This document shows positions 1-10,079 of a DNA stretch of 64,000 nucleotides, piece after piece. The position numbers and the translations under genes were made by a program. Under the pieces are notes generated by a model. It had not been told where the DNA came from. It made no database searches and saw only the letters and a list, made by a program, of their open reading frames with translations. The DNA is from an uncultured Gammaproteobacteria bacterium. Lineage in GTDB: Bacteria; Patescibacteriota; Patescibacteriia; UBA9934; CAZDDW01. The stretch covers positions 921,908-985,907 of the forward strand of contig OZ246408.1 of NCBI GenBank assembly GCA_965231015.1. Reading direction: 5' to 3'. Each line of letters starts with the position of its first letter. Position 1 is the first letter of the stretch.

Positions 1-46
1 TGTCAACCCCGTTTAAATCAGAGCTCGCACATGATATAATTGACGC

Positions 47-751
47 ATGAAAAAAATACTGTACAATCTATTTATTGTTTTAGGAGTCTTATGGACGATA
101 GGTGTCTTATCTTTTGTCTCTTATGAAGGAATAACCAATTTTGGCAAATACCAAGACAAGATCATTTCTTTTTTGCGTCAAGAATCTTCACAATCAAATG
201 GATCTTTAAAAGTATTATCAGAAGAGACTCCTGATTTAAACATCTTAGTTGATCGAGCTAATGCGAATGGACATTTTTATAGTGCATATTTTACTTCAGA
301 AGACTATACCGCATCACCCTATTCACTCGAAGAATGGAACGCCTTAGCGGAACAAAAAAATTGTCCGAATTTCATCCCGGGTGGATCAGGCTATGTGGGA
401 GATGAACCATGTCAAACTCTATATGAAGGCCAAATATTTGAACAAACCAATTTCCAATTCCTGGCTCTGAACAATTACGTTTTATACCGACCAAGAAATT
501 CAGCTAGTATGGTTATTCGCTGGCCAGAATCAAACGGAGTCGGATATGACGTTTACGAAATCCGTTTGAGCGAACAATTCAGTGACAATGAAAATAAAAA
601 AACAGTTTATATTACCCCGTATCCAATAACCAAATATTCAGCACAAAGAAACCAAGAAATTATTGACCGTCAAAAAGAAGTATTCTCTCTACTTGATTTA
701 GACCCAAACCAGGTTGATACATTCTATCCTCTTTATGAAAACGTGGATTAA
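47..751 (+). CDS. Hypothetical membrane-anchored/secreted protein
   Basis: 234-aa ORF with N-terminal hydrophobic helix; TGaTATAAT lies 6 nt before the ATG. Confidence 0.7.
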   Translation: MKKILYNLFIVLGVLWTIGVLSFVSYEGITNFGKYQDKIISFLRQESSQSNGSLKVLSEETPDLNILVDRANANGHFYSAYFTSEDYTASPYSLEEWNALAEQKNCPNFIPGGSGYVGDEPCQTLYEGQIFEQTNFQFLALNNYVLYRPRNSASMVIRWPESNGVGYDVYEIRLSEQFSDNENKKTVYITPYPITKYSAQRNQEIIDRQKEVFSLLDLDPNQVDTFYPLYENVD

Positions 752-1169
752 AAATATATTTTTTGTCATAGGAGTACTAGGTACTATTGCTCTGATTATT
801 TCGACTGTACTTTTTTATAACTATATAAAAAGTCGAAATGAATCAGACGGCCTGGGCGATTTCGGTACACGTATATCAGCTCACTCATCGTTTTATTCAC
901 ACAGAAAATCACCAGTAGTAAAATCTACATCTTTTTCTGAAGGAGACACGGTTTGTTTAACGAGCACAACAGATTCAATAGGATCGAAAACAAATTATTA
1001 CAGAATCATCTTCCCTGATTATTCTTTTGTTGAAGGAACCATTCCAACTCAGAATGTGTGTTATGACCAACCACTCACTAAAGGGAGTCATGAAATTGTG
1101 ATCTATTTCGCCGAATCCTCAGATAGTGCATTTATACGATCCCAAACTATCACAATCGAGGTTGAATAA
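735..1169 (+). CDS. Hypothetical membrane-anchored protein with beta-rich C-terminus
   Basis: ORF from ATG 735; its N-terminal TM segment resembles that of the preceding gene. Confidence 0.65.
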   Translation: MKTWIKNIFFVIGVLGTIALIISTVLFYNYIKSRNESDGLGDFGTRISAHSSFYSHRKSPVVKSTSFSEGDTVCLTSTTDSIGSKTNYYRIIFPDYSFVEGTIPTQNVCYDQPLTKGSHEIVIYFAESSDSAFIRSQTITIEVE

Positions 1170-1260
1170 TTTTTCGTGAACACAATCGGGCAAATGTCCG
1201 TTTTTTTAGTTAAAATCAAAAGGGCAGACACATCAGTCCGCCCCTACTTTTTATCTCCTA

Positions 1261-3837
1261 TTAAACCAGCGTTACACTCGCCACAATATCGCCCGCTTTC
1301 TTAAAACTCATTACTTTAACTCCCTGAGTAGCACGACCAAGCTTAGATACAGTCTTAAGCGCTGTGCGAATCACCTGCCCAGCCTCACTGACCACAAATA
1401 AATCCCGTTCATCCTTATCCTCTACTACATAAGCCGAGGTTATCTCACCGGTCTTGGCAGTAATATTGGCAGTTTTAATTCCACTTCCGCCACGACCCTG
1501 AACTTTATATTCTTTTAATTCAGTTCGCTTACCATAACCATTCTTCATCACAACTAATAACTGCTTATCGTCAGCGGTCACAATATCCATGCCCACAATA
1601 TGATCCTCGCCTTTGAGTTTTATCCCTCGAACCCCGGAAGCTGTTCGACCCATGGCTCGAACGTCCGATTCTTTGAAACGAATAGCTTGGCCTTTTGCTG
1701 TAGCCAAAACAACTTGATCTTTGCCGGTTGACCGCTTCACCCAAAGAAGGTTATCGCCTTCTTTAAGTTTGATAGCGACCAAACCTGAACTACGTACGTT
1801 ATCAAAATCCTTAAGTTCGGTCTTCTTGATAGTACCTTTACTGGTCACCATCACGAGATAATTAATACCTTTCATCTCATCAAGAGCGAGCGTTGCTGTG
1901 ACAGTTTCACCAGGCGACAGTTGCAAGAAGTTTACCAGTGCCTGCCCCTTGGCGGTTCGAGTTGATTCTGGAACTTCGTAAGCTTTCAGTTTGAACACCC
2001 GACCGCGAGTGGTAAAAAAGAGCAGATCCTTGTGGGTCGTGGTACTAAACACACGCTCAACAACATCCTCTTCTTTGGTCGTTAGTCCAGCCACTCCCTT
2101 TCCACCACGAGCTTGTGTACGAAAAGTTTCCGGTGGCAATCGCTTAATGTATCCCTCCTTGGTGATCATGACCACAGTCGGATTATCCGGAATCACATCT
2201 TCCATTTTAAAATCCTTCACCCCATGAGCCACTACATCTGTCCGACGTTCATCAGCATATTTTTCACGAATCTCATTAACCTCATCCTTGATAATTTGAC
2301 GCATCTTCTTTCTTGACTTCAGGATAGACTCCAATTCTTTGATAAGCTTTAACTTTTCTTTGTACTCCTGCTCCACCTTCAAGGCCTCAAGGTTAGCCAA
2401 CTGCTGTAAGCGCATCTCCAAAATTGCCACAGACTGACGTTCAGTTAACTTGAACTTTTTCATCAGGTTGGTTTTGGCCACGTCTTTATCTTTCGACTTC
2501 TTAATCGTGGCGATGATTTTATCAATTTTGAGAATTGCCAAACGCAATCCCTCCAAAATATGAGCTCGGTCCTTGGCTTTTTCTAGATCATATTCGGTTC
2601 TACGTTTAACTACTTCTTCCCGGTGCACTACATATTCTTCCAGAATTGACTTCAAATTTAAAAGCCGAGGCTGAAGTCCGCCTTCTACCAGAGCCACCAT
2701 GTTAACGTGAAAGGTGTCCTGAAGCTGGGTTTGCTGATACAACCGATTTAAAACTTTTTTCGGGAAAGCATCTTTCTTGAGCTCAATCACAATTCGCACT
2801 CCTTCCTTAGTTGACTCATCACGCAAATCCTTAATCCCATCTATCTTTTTTTCTCGCACAAGCGTAGCAATCTTTTCTAGGAGCGTAGCCTTGTTTACAA
2901 GGTACGGAATTTCGTGAACGATAATATTAAAGCCTCCTTTACGTTCCACAATCTCAGTTTTGGCCCGAGTCACAATCGGCCCTTTCCCCGTAGCGTAAGC
3001 CTGTTTGATATCATTAACATTATAAATAATTCCTCCGGTTGGAAAATCCGGCCCTTTGATAAACTCAACCAAATCATCAATGGTAGCGTCCGGGTTTTCG
3101 ATCAAGTGAGTCACCCCGTCACAAAGCTCGCCCAGGTTATGCGGTGGAATGTTGGTAGCCATACCAACCGCGATTCCTAAAGTTCCATTTAAAAGCAAGT
3201 TTGGCAGTTTGGCTGGCAAAACGGACGGCTCTTTATGACTTCCGTCAAAGTTTGGCCGCCAATCAACCGTTGCTTTTTCAATATCGAGTAACAGTTCTTC
3301 CGAAATTGTCTCGAGTTTTGACTCTGTATAACGGTAGGCGGCAGCTGAGTCACCATCGAGCGAGCCAAAGTTACCCTGTCCACGCACGAGCGGATAGCGG
3401 AAGCTGAAGTCCTGGGCCATACGTACAAGTGAATCGTACACAGCAGAGTCACCGTGCGGGTGATACTTACCAAGCACATCTCCAACAACCGTGGCACATT
3501 TCTTATACTTGGACGTTGAACGCAATCCTGTTTGCCACATGCTATACAAAATTCGTCGGTGTACCGGCTTCAACCCATCACGCACATCAGGCAATGCACG
3601 CGAAACAATCACACTCATGGCATAATCCAAATAACTGGTTTCCATCTCGCCCACGAGCGATGCTGGCTCTACCCGACCCTCAACAACACCTGTTGCTTCT
3701 TGTTCAACCAAAACTTCCGCTTCTGGTTTTTCCAAAGCCTTCTTTGCCTTCCCGGCCTTCTGGGCGTTCTTAATTGATTTTACTGGCTTCTTCAGAGCCT
3801 TCTTGGCCTTCCCGGCCTTCTCTTTCTTCTTCGGCAT
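1261..3837 (-). CDS. gyrA: DNA gyrase subunit A
   Basis: [29 protein letters not shown] catalytic Tyr, GyrA-box QARGGKG, C-terminal beta-pinwheel repeats. Confidence 0.98.
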   Translation of the reverse strand: MPKKKEKAGKAKKALKKPVKSIKNAQKAGKAKKALEKPEAEVLVEQEATGVVEGRVEPASLVGEMETSYLDYAMSVIVSRALPDVRDGLKPVHRRILYSMWQTGLRSTSKYKKCATVVGDVLGKYHPHGDSAVYDSLVRMAQDFSFRYPLVRGQGNFGSLDGDSAAAYRYTESKLETISEELLLDIEKATVDWRPNFDGSHKEPSVLPAKLPNLLLNGTLGIAVGMATNIPPHNLGELCDGVTHLIENPDATIDDLVEFIKGPDFPTGGIIYNVNDIKQAYATGKGPIVTRAKTEIVERKGGFNIIVHEIPYLVNKATLLEKIATLVREKKIDGIKDLRDESTKEGVRIVIELKKDAFPKKVLNRLYQQTQLQDTFHVNMVALVEGGLQPRLLNLKSILEEYVVHREEVVKRRTEYDLEKAKDRAHILEGLRLAILKIDKIIATIKKSKDKDVAKTNLMKKFKLTERQSVAILEMRLQQLANLEALKVEQEYKEKLKLIKELESILKSRKKMRQIIKDEVNEIREKYADERRTDVVAHGVKDFKMEDVIPDNPTVVMITKEGYIKRLPPETFRTQARGGKGVAGLTTKEEDVVERVFSTTTHKDLLFFTTRGRVFKLKAYEVPESTRTAKGQALVNFLQLSPGETVTATLALDEMKGINYLVMVTSKGTIKKTELKDFDNVRSSGLVAIKLKEGDNLLWVKRSTGKDQVVLATAKGQAIRFKESDVRAMGRTASGVRGIKLKGEDHIVGMDIVTADDKQLLVVMKNGYGKRTELKEYKVQGRGGSGIKTANITAKTGEITSAYVVEDKDERDLFVVSEAGQVIRTALKTVSKLGRATQGVKVMSFKKAGDIVASVTLV

Positions 3838-4165
3838 AATTGTCTTCTGCCTCGTTATTTATTTCATTTAACACTGCTTCGGTCAGCACAGCTCCGGCAG
3901 CAGCTTCTTGTTGATCTCGATATTCTTCACGCACCCGCTCCACAAACGCATCCTCTGCTTCTTCTTTGGTTTCTTCAACTTCCTCTAAAATAGGCACAAA
4001 CGGCTCACCAGCTTCCTGAACCGTGGCTTGAATTTTAATTCCATGTTTAATGACCGCAAAAGAACCTGCGTTTAAAACATACCAGCCACCAACCACTCCC
4101 ACCATGGCCACTCCAAACAAAACCCAGAATAACACCATCTTTTTTGGTTCACCACTTGGAATCAT
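3770..4165 (-). CDS. Hypothetical single-TM protein overlapping the gyrA start
   Basis: 131-aa ORF with TM helix and acidic tail, in tandem between the MBL gene and gyrA. Confidence 0.65.
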   Translation of the reverse strand: MIPSGEPKKMVLFWVLFGVAMVGVVGGWYVLNAGSFAVIKHGIKIQATVQEAGEPFVPILEEVEETKEEAEDAFVERVREEYRDQQEAAAGAVLTEAVLNEINNEAEDNYAEEEREGREGQEGSEEASKIN

Positions 4166-4167
4166 AG

Positions 4168-4827
4168 TTAAGCACGCGACAAAACAATCACTTCGGTTTC
4201 TTCTTCAGGAAGAGTTGATCGGGTGATTTTTAATTTATTTGTTTCTTCACGCTGACACACTCCAATCTCTTTGCAAAAATCCTTAATGTCAGCAAATTTT
4301 TCTTTTAAGTTTGGCACGGCATGACTCATTGGTAAAACAATCCGCGGATCAATCTGATTGATCATTTTTACTGCAGTCTTGGGACTCATCACCCGTCCAC
4401 CTCCGACCGGAATCATGAGAAGGTCCACATTCTGAAGACCGCTCAACTCTTCATCGGTTAATTCACGATTTAAGGCCCCCAAGTGAGCAATAATAATATC
4501 ATCCACCACAATACGGAAAATGGTATTTGGTTCGGCCTTACCACCCTCTTTGGCCGAAGCCAACGGGGCACTAACACCATAAACAAAAACATCCTTTACT
4601 TCATATTCACCTGGTGTGGAAACCACAAACGGTTTGCCACCCACGCTTTTTACATTGTCAGCGTCATCCGCTTTGTGTGAAGTGGTCACGATGTCCGCTT
4701 CCATGGTACGAGGAAATCTAAGTCCGGTTAAATTCTGATACGGGTCAACCACAACCCTAACCTCCCCCTTGTCCGGGCTTTTGGTTTCAATTGAAAAGCA
4801 CGATAATCCGTGCCAAGAAATGTTCAT
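4168..4827 (-). CDS. MBL-fold metallo-hydrolase (Lactamase_B_3-like), partly degenerate metal site
   Basis: ISWHGLSCF, VVVDPY, ADIVTTSH, IAHLG, DLLMIPVGG, IVLPMSH motifs. Confidence 0.85.
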   Translation of the reverse strand: MNISWHGLSCFSIETKSPDKGEVRVVVDPYQNLTGLRFPRTMEADIVTTSHKADDADNVKSVGGKPFVVSTPGEYEVKDVFVYGVSAPLASAKEGGKAEPNTIFRIVVDDIIIAHLGALNRELTDEELSGLQNVDLLMIPVGGGRVMSPKTAVKMINQIDPRIVLPMSHAVPNLKEKFADIKDFCKEIGVCQREETNKLKITRSTLPEEETEVIVLSRA

Positions 4828-4928
4828 AAACATCAAAATAATTACGCATCCATTTTAGCATAAAAGCTCCTTTGAAGCAACAGAAAAACCCGTGCTATGA
4901 CGGGTCTTATTTTAGCTAAAAAATAACC

Positions 4929-5603
4929 TTATTCATCTAGTCCCAAAGTACCCTGCCAGTACTCAATTTCTTTTTTTATTGCCAGCTCATCCGGATCCTT
5001 TTCCACGATTGACCAACCTTCTTCAAAGAGACTAATTTTATCCCTGATTTCCGGAGTCCAGTGTCGGTCTTTTGGAGCCAATTGGCGCAATTCATCAATC
5101 ATTTTTTCCAGCTCAATCATATGCTTCTGCCACTTATCAAGCAATTTATCGTATTTGGTCTTATGTTCAGAAACAAAGTGTGGTAATTCGTCACGCATCT
5201 CGTGCTGGTAGTGCAGGATCCCATTCTCGATCTGATACCGCTCTTCTGCATTAAACTCAACCTCAAACATATTGCTTTTCACAATATCCTCAATCCCAAC
5301 CCCAGACTCAAACAACGGCTTAAGTTTTGCGGCAACTCCAGGCTCAACATGATTCATAATGGCCTGATTTTTCATCTCGATCCCTTCAGCTTCTAATAAA
5401 TCTTCAAGTGCGTGCCGGTGCGGATACTCTTGTTTACCAATCTTAACCAAGGCCTTATGCACATCTTGAGGTACAAGATCCTCCTTACCGGAAAGCTCGT
5501 TATATAGTTTATCGGCCTCAGTCTTTATATGGGTCAGATGTGACGGCAACCGATCTATGACCACCTTAAATTCCTTAAGCATGGCCTCTGCTTCATTGTT
5601 CAT
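4929..5603 (-). CDS. Hypothetical helical protein
   Basis: Long ORF; TGaTAGAAT lies 8 nt before ATG 5603. Confidence 0.7.
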   Translation of the reverse strand: MNNEAEAMLKEFKVVIDRLPSHLTHIKTEADKLYNELSGKEDLVPQDVHKALVKIGKQEYPHRHALEDLLEAEGIEMKNQAIMNHVEPGVAAKLKPLFESGVGIEDIVKSNMFEVEFNAEERYQIENGILHYQHEMRDELPHFVSEHKTKYDKLLDKWQKHMIELEKMIDELRQLAPKDRHWTPEIRDKISLFEEGWSIVEKDPDELAIKKEIEYWQGTLGLDE

Positions 5604-5633
5604 ACCCCAATATTCTATCACAAATTATGGCTC

Positions 5634-5685
5634 TTGACCCTTCGATAAACTCAGGATCAACCCTAAGCCAAGTCGAAGGGTTGAC
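5634..5685. repeat. REP-like palindrome flanked by a TTGAC direct repeat
   Basis: ACCCTTCGA...TCGAAGGGT stem with TTGAC at 5634 and 5681. Confidence 0.6.
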
Positions 5686-5709
5686 TAAAATAAGCCTCTT
5701 TGTTATACT
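5681..5709 (+). promoter_or_regulatory. Sigma70 promoter of rpsA
   Basis: TTGACT-17 nt-TATACT. Confidence 0.75.
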
Positions 5710-5794
5710 CGCGTCAGCTTAAATACTTATTAATTTTTAGCCCCGCCGGCCTCAAAGTGGCATGAACCCACCTAGACTGCTTGCGGAAACGTGT

Positions 5795-6970
5795 ATGACA
5801 ACTAAAGATACCCCAACAAGTGAATTTGAAAAACTCCTGCTTGAGGGTGAATATCTAAAAAAGATCCCTAAGGTTGGCGACGTTGTAAAAGGCAACATTA
5901 TCTGTGCCAACCGACGTGAAGTTCGGATCGATATTGAAGGCGTGACCACCGGAGTAGTCCGAGGTCGCGAGCTTTTTGCTGAGTCTAGTGAATACGCCGG
6001 GTTGGAGTCCGGTGAGGAGGTCGAGGCCACAGTGATCGATCTTGAAAATGAAAACGGTGAAATGGAACTTAGTTTCCGCTTTGCCGGCCAAGCAAAGGCC
6101 TGGGAAGACCTGCGCAAGCTTTTCGTGACCGGTGAAATCGTACCGGCTCGAGTTATCGAAGCCAACAAGGGCGGACTTATCATCAAACTGAAGCACATTA
6201 CCGGCTTCATGCCCGTCTCTCAGTTGTCCCCTGACAACTATCCGCGAGTTTCCGGTGGGGATAAGCAAAAAATTCTAGAAAAACTGAAAAAGTTTGTAGG
6301 GACCGATATCGATGTTAAAGTGCTTGACGTAAACGAACAGGAAGAAAAGTTAATCGTTTCAGAAAAGGTGGTTTGGGAAGAGCGACAAAAGGGAGTTATC
6401 CAACAGTATAATGTTGGTGATCAAGTAGAAGGTGAGATCACAGCAATTGCTGACTTTGGTATCTTTGTGAAGTTTGATTCTTTGGAAGGACTGGTTCACA
6501 TTTCCGAAATTGCTTGGCAACGTATTGATCACCCAAGCGACCTTGTGAAGGTTGGTGACAAAGTCAAAGCCGAAGTGATCGGTATTGAAGGATCAAAGAT
6601 TTTTCTATCCATGAAAAAACTCATTGATGACCCTTGGAAGAACGTTGGGGACCGATACAAAGTTGGTGATGTAGTGAACGGAACCGTTCTCAAAATTAAT
6701 CCATTCGGATTCTTTGTAGAACTTGATCCGGAAATCCACGGTCTGGCTCATGTGAGCGAAATCGCTGGATCTGGAACTGAGCTAAACAGCATTGCCAAGA
6801 TCGGTGATACCTTAAAATTCAAGATTGTCTCTATTGAGCCGGAAGAACATCGCTTAGGTCTGACTCTTGATCTTAAGAAAACTGAAGAAAAAACCGATAA
6901 GCCTGTGGAAGATGAAAAGCCGGATGAGGAAAAGCCTGAAGAGGAAACCAAAAAAGAATCAACTGAATAA
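5795..6970 (+). CDS. rpsA: 30S ribosomal protein S1 (four S1 domains; start may be 5762)
   Basis: Repeated S1 motifs (VGDVVKG, FGIFV, EGLVHISEI, HGLAHVSEI). Confidence 0.93.
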   Translation: MTTKDTPTSEFEKLLLEGEYLKKIPKVGDVVKGNIICANRREVRIDIEGVTTGVVRGRELFAESSEYAGLESGEEVEATVIDLENENGEMELSFRFAGQAKAWEDLRKLFVTGEIVPARVIEANKGGLIIKLKHITGFMPVSQLSPDNYPRVSGGDKQKILEKLKKFVGTDIDVKVLDVNEQEEKLIVSEKVVWEERQKGVIQQYNVGDQVEGEITAIADFGIFVKFDSLEGLVHISEIAWQRIDHPSDLVKVGDKVKAEVIGIEGSKIFLSMKKLIDDPWKNVGDRYKVGDVVNGTVLKINPFGFFVELDPEIHGLAHVSEIAGSGTELNSIAKIGDTLKFKIVSIEPEEHRLGLTLDLKKTEEKTDKPVEDEKPDEEKPEEETKKESTE

Positions 6971-6975
6971 AACAC

Positions 6976-7006
6976 AACCGCTCGGGTCAAAACCCGGGCG
7001 GTTTTG
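6976..7006 (+). terminator. Intrinsic terminator after rpsA
   Basis: AACCGCTCGGGT/ACCCGGGCGGTT stem followed by T-run. Confidence 0.75.
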
Positions 7007-7178
7007 ATTTGGCCCATTTCTGGACTTAAAGCCCACCTTTTGTTAGAATCGCCTTATTCGGTATAATGAAAATAAGTATCAATATTCAATTTCCAATTTT
7101 CACTGAATGATCACTTTGATAATTTTCAAACTGTAAATTCATTCGAAAATTGAGCTTTGATACTTGAAAATTACTCCT

Positions 7179-9002
7179 ATGAAACCAATTACAAAAAACA
7201 TTCTTTTATTCGTCATCACCATTGTGGTGATTGGAGCCATCCTTTCAACCTATACCCTATCCGGAGAAAAACCGGAGGAGATTGGGATTGGTACCCTTGT
7301 AGAGCGCATTCAAGACGGTGAGGTTGAACGAATCGAGGTTAAGGGAGACGAAATCAACATCACTGCCGGGGAAGATGAGCTGGTTAGCCGGAAAGAATCT
7401 GACTCATCTTTATCCGAACAACTGGTTAACTACGGTGTCACCCCTGAACAACTCGCAGGTATAACCATTGATGTTTCAAACAACGGCGGCCGCAGTTATT
7501 TTTTAGGTATTATCTTACCGAGCCTGATTCCAATTTTACTGTTGGTTATCATCTTCTGGTTCCTGATCCGACAAATGCAGGGTGCTAACGGAAAAGCCAT
7601 GCAGTTTGGACAAAGCGGAGCCAAGGAAGCTGACAAACGCGGCAAAATCACCTTTAAAGATGTTGCCGGAGTAAAAGAATCGAAAGAAGAACTCATGGAA
7701 GTGGTTGAATTTTTGCGTCATCCAAAAAAGTTTATTGAAGTCGGAGCCAAGATTCCGAAAGGCGTTTTACTTATGGGTCCTCCGGGAACCGGTAAAACCT
7801 TGCTAGGCCGAGCTGTAGCCGGTGAAGCCAAGGTTCCGTTTTATCACATTTCTGGTTCAGAATTCGTAGAAATGTTTGTAGGGGTTGGCGCTTCTCGAGT
7901 GCGAGACTTGTTCACGCAAGCCAAGAAGAACTCTCCTTGCATTGTATTCATTGATGAAATCGATGCTGTAGGACGACAGCGTGGAGCCGGACTTGGTGGA
8001 AGCCATGACGAGCGTGAACAGACACTGAACCAAATCCTGGTAGAGATGGATGGATTTGACCCACATTTGGGCGTAATTGTTATTGCTGCTACTAACCGAC
8101 CGGACGTGCTGGATCCAGCACTATTGCGACCGGGACGTTTTGACCGTCGCGTTGTGATTGACCTGCCGGACATCAACGGCCGTGAGGCAATTCTGAAAAT
8201 TCACGCCAAAAATAAACCGCTTAATAATGTCGATCTGCGTTCAGTAGCTGAAAGAACTCCTGGTTTTTCCGGAGCTGATCTTGAAAACCTATTAAATGAA
8301 GCGGCCATCTTAACGGCTCGACGCAACAAAAAGAAAATTGACCTTGATGCTGTGCTTGAATCAATCGATAAGGTATTGCTTGGACCGGAACGAAAGAGTC
8401 ACATTCTTAGCAAAAAAGAAAAAGAAATTACGGCTTACCATGAAGCGGGCCATGCTATTGTGGCTCACTTGCTTCCAAACGCCGACCCTGTACACAAAGT
8501 TTCGATCATCAGTCGAGGTCGAGCAGCCGGATACACTCTAAAGCTACCGGTAGAGGACCGTAAACTGCACAGTCGTTCAGAATTCATTGACGAACTGGCC
8601 GTGATGCTTGGCGGATACGTGATTGAAATGGATAAGTTTGGTGACGTAACCACCGGTCCGTCCAACGACCTAATGAAAGCCAGTAATCTGGCTCGGGAAA
8701 TTGTGACCCGTTATGGCATGTCTGACAAGCTTGGTCCACGCACTTATGGTGAAAATGACGAGATGGTTTTCCTTGGCAAAGAAATTCATGAAAAGATAAA
8801 TTATTCTGATGCCACGGCTCAAAAAATTGATGAAGAAGTGAATCGATTCATTGAGGAAGCTAAAGAAACAGCCCAAAAACTTTTGACGAATAATAAAGAT
8901 AAGGTAGAATTGGTAGTGAAGGAATTACTTACCAAAGAAACCTTGGAACGAGCTGATTTCGAAAAGTTGATGGAGAGTGAAAAAAATGATTCTGAGGAGT
9001 AA
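7179..9002 (+). CDS. ftsH: ATP-dependent zinc metalloprotease FtsH
   Basis: Two TMs, [40 protein letters not shown]. Confidence 0.98.
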   Translation: MKPITKNILLFVITIVVIGAILSTYTLSGEKPEEIGIGTLVERIQDGEVERIEVKGDEINITAGEDELVSRKESDSSLSEQLVNYGVTPEQLAGITIDVSNNGGRSYFLGIILPSLIPILLLVIIFWFLIRQMQGANGKAMQFGQSGAKEADKRGKITFKDVAGVKESKEELMEVVEFLRHPKKFIEVGAKIPKGVLLMGPPGTGKTLLGRAVAGEAKVPFYHISGSEFVEMFVGVGASRVRDLFTQAKKNSPCIVFIDEIDAVGRQRGAGLGGSHDEREQTLNQILVEMDGFDPHLGVIVIAATNRPDVLDPALLRPGRFDRRVVIDLPDINGREAILKIHAKNKPLNNVDLRSVAERTPGFSGADLENLLNEAAILTARRNKKKIDLDAVLESIDKVLLGPERKSHILSKKEKEITAYHEAGHAIVAHLLPNADPVHKVSIISRGRAAGYTLKLPVEDRKLHSRSEFIDELAVMLGGYVIEMDKFGDVTTGPSNDLMKASNLAREIVTRYGMSDKLGPRTYGENDEMVFLGKEIHEKINYSDATAQKIDEEVNRFIEEAKETAQKLLTNNKDKVELVVKELLTKETLERADFEKLMESEKNDSEE

Positions 9003-9020
9003 TCAAACTAAAGGAGGACT

Positions 9021-10007
9021 ATGTCAAAAAAATGGCATGAGGCTGCGTATCGGCCCATCCTAAAAAAAGCGTGGCAGACTGTTCGCACACGTCATGAGCT
9101 CTGGTTCCTGGGCATCTTTGCCGCGGTCATGGGCACCGGGGCCGTTCTTGAAGTTGTGTTCCACGTTACGAAACCGGTTAACAGTGGATTTAGCCTACAA
9201 CAAATCTTTCTGGACAATATTATTCCCGGGTTTGATGCCTGGCGTCTCTGGTTTATCCAACTGACGGTTTTGGAACCCTGGCGAGTGGCTCTAATTGTTG
9301 CCCTAATGATAGCTGTGGTAATTGCTCTTGTCGCCATTGGTGTGTGTTCTCAACACGGACTAATCAAGGGAACCTTAAGTCGATCCCGATTAACCACCAA
9401 AGATCTCTTAGTCCTGCCTAAGAGAGCTTGCTGGAAAATATTTTTGATTGATGTGGTAACTAAAATTATGGTAGCGATTATGCTTGCCGTAACAGCTGTG
9501 CCCCTTGCCCTGATCTCTAGTAATATTTTCACGGACATTGCCGCCTCGTTTGTGGTGTTAATCATATTCATGACCATCATGATCGTTATTTCCATGGTTT
9601 CAATTCTATCCATTGCCTCGGTGTCAGACCAAGGACACGGTCTGCACGACGCTCTGATTGAAGCCTGGAGCATTTTCCGCCGTCACCCGTTAGCCACCTT
9701 TGAAACTGCTCTGGTTGTTTTCTTGATTCATATTATAGGCGGATCGGTCACTTTTCTGGTAATTATGTTGCTGTGGATTCCGTACCTGCTTGCCTACTTA
9801 GCGGCTGTTTTAACAACTACCACTGCGTTAACTGCCGTGGTCAGCCTGGTGACCGCAGGGATTATGTTGGGAGTCATTATTTTGGCCGGTGGTGTTTTAA
9901 CCGCATATCAATACGCGGTCTGGGCTCTGGTATATAAAAAATTGCGCACCAAAAAAGGTTTTATTCCCAAACTGCACCGCTTTAGAAAAACCTTTAAATT
10001 TTTCTAG
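9021..10007 (+). CDS. Polytopic membrane protein of unknown function
   Basis: About 6-7 hydrophobic helices; AAGGAGG SD. Confidence 0.8.
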   Translation: MSKKWHEAAYRPILKKAWQTVRTRHELWFLGIFAAVMGTGAVLEVVFHVTKPVNSGFSLQQIFLDNIIPGFDAWRLWFIQLTVLEPWRVALIVALMIAVVIALVAIGVCSQHGLIKGTLSRSRLTTKDLLVLPKRACWKIFLIDVVTKIMVAIMLAVTAVPLALISSNIFTDIAASFVVLIIFMTIMIVISMVSILSIASVSDQGHGLHDALIEAWSIFRRHPLATFETALVVFLIHIIGGSVTFLVIMLLWIPYLLAYLAAVLTTTTALTAVVSLVTAGIMLGVIILAGGVLTAYQYAVWALVYKKLRTKKGFIPKLHRFRKTFKFF

Positions 10008-10020
10008 CCACCAAGATCAC

Positions 10021-10047
10021 AAAGCAGCTCTTAAAGAGCTGCTTTTT
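10021..10047 (+). terminator. Intrinsic terminator
   Basis: AAAGCAGCTC/GAGCTGCTTT stem with T-run. Confidence 0.7.
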
Positions 10048-10079
10048 GGTTTTATTATTTCATGCTAGAATAAGCTCAT

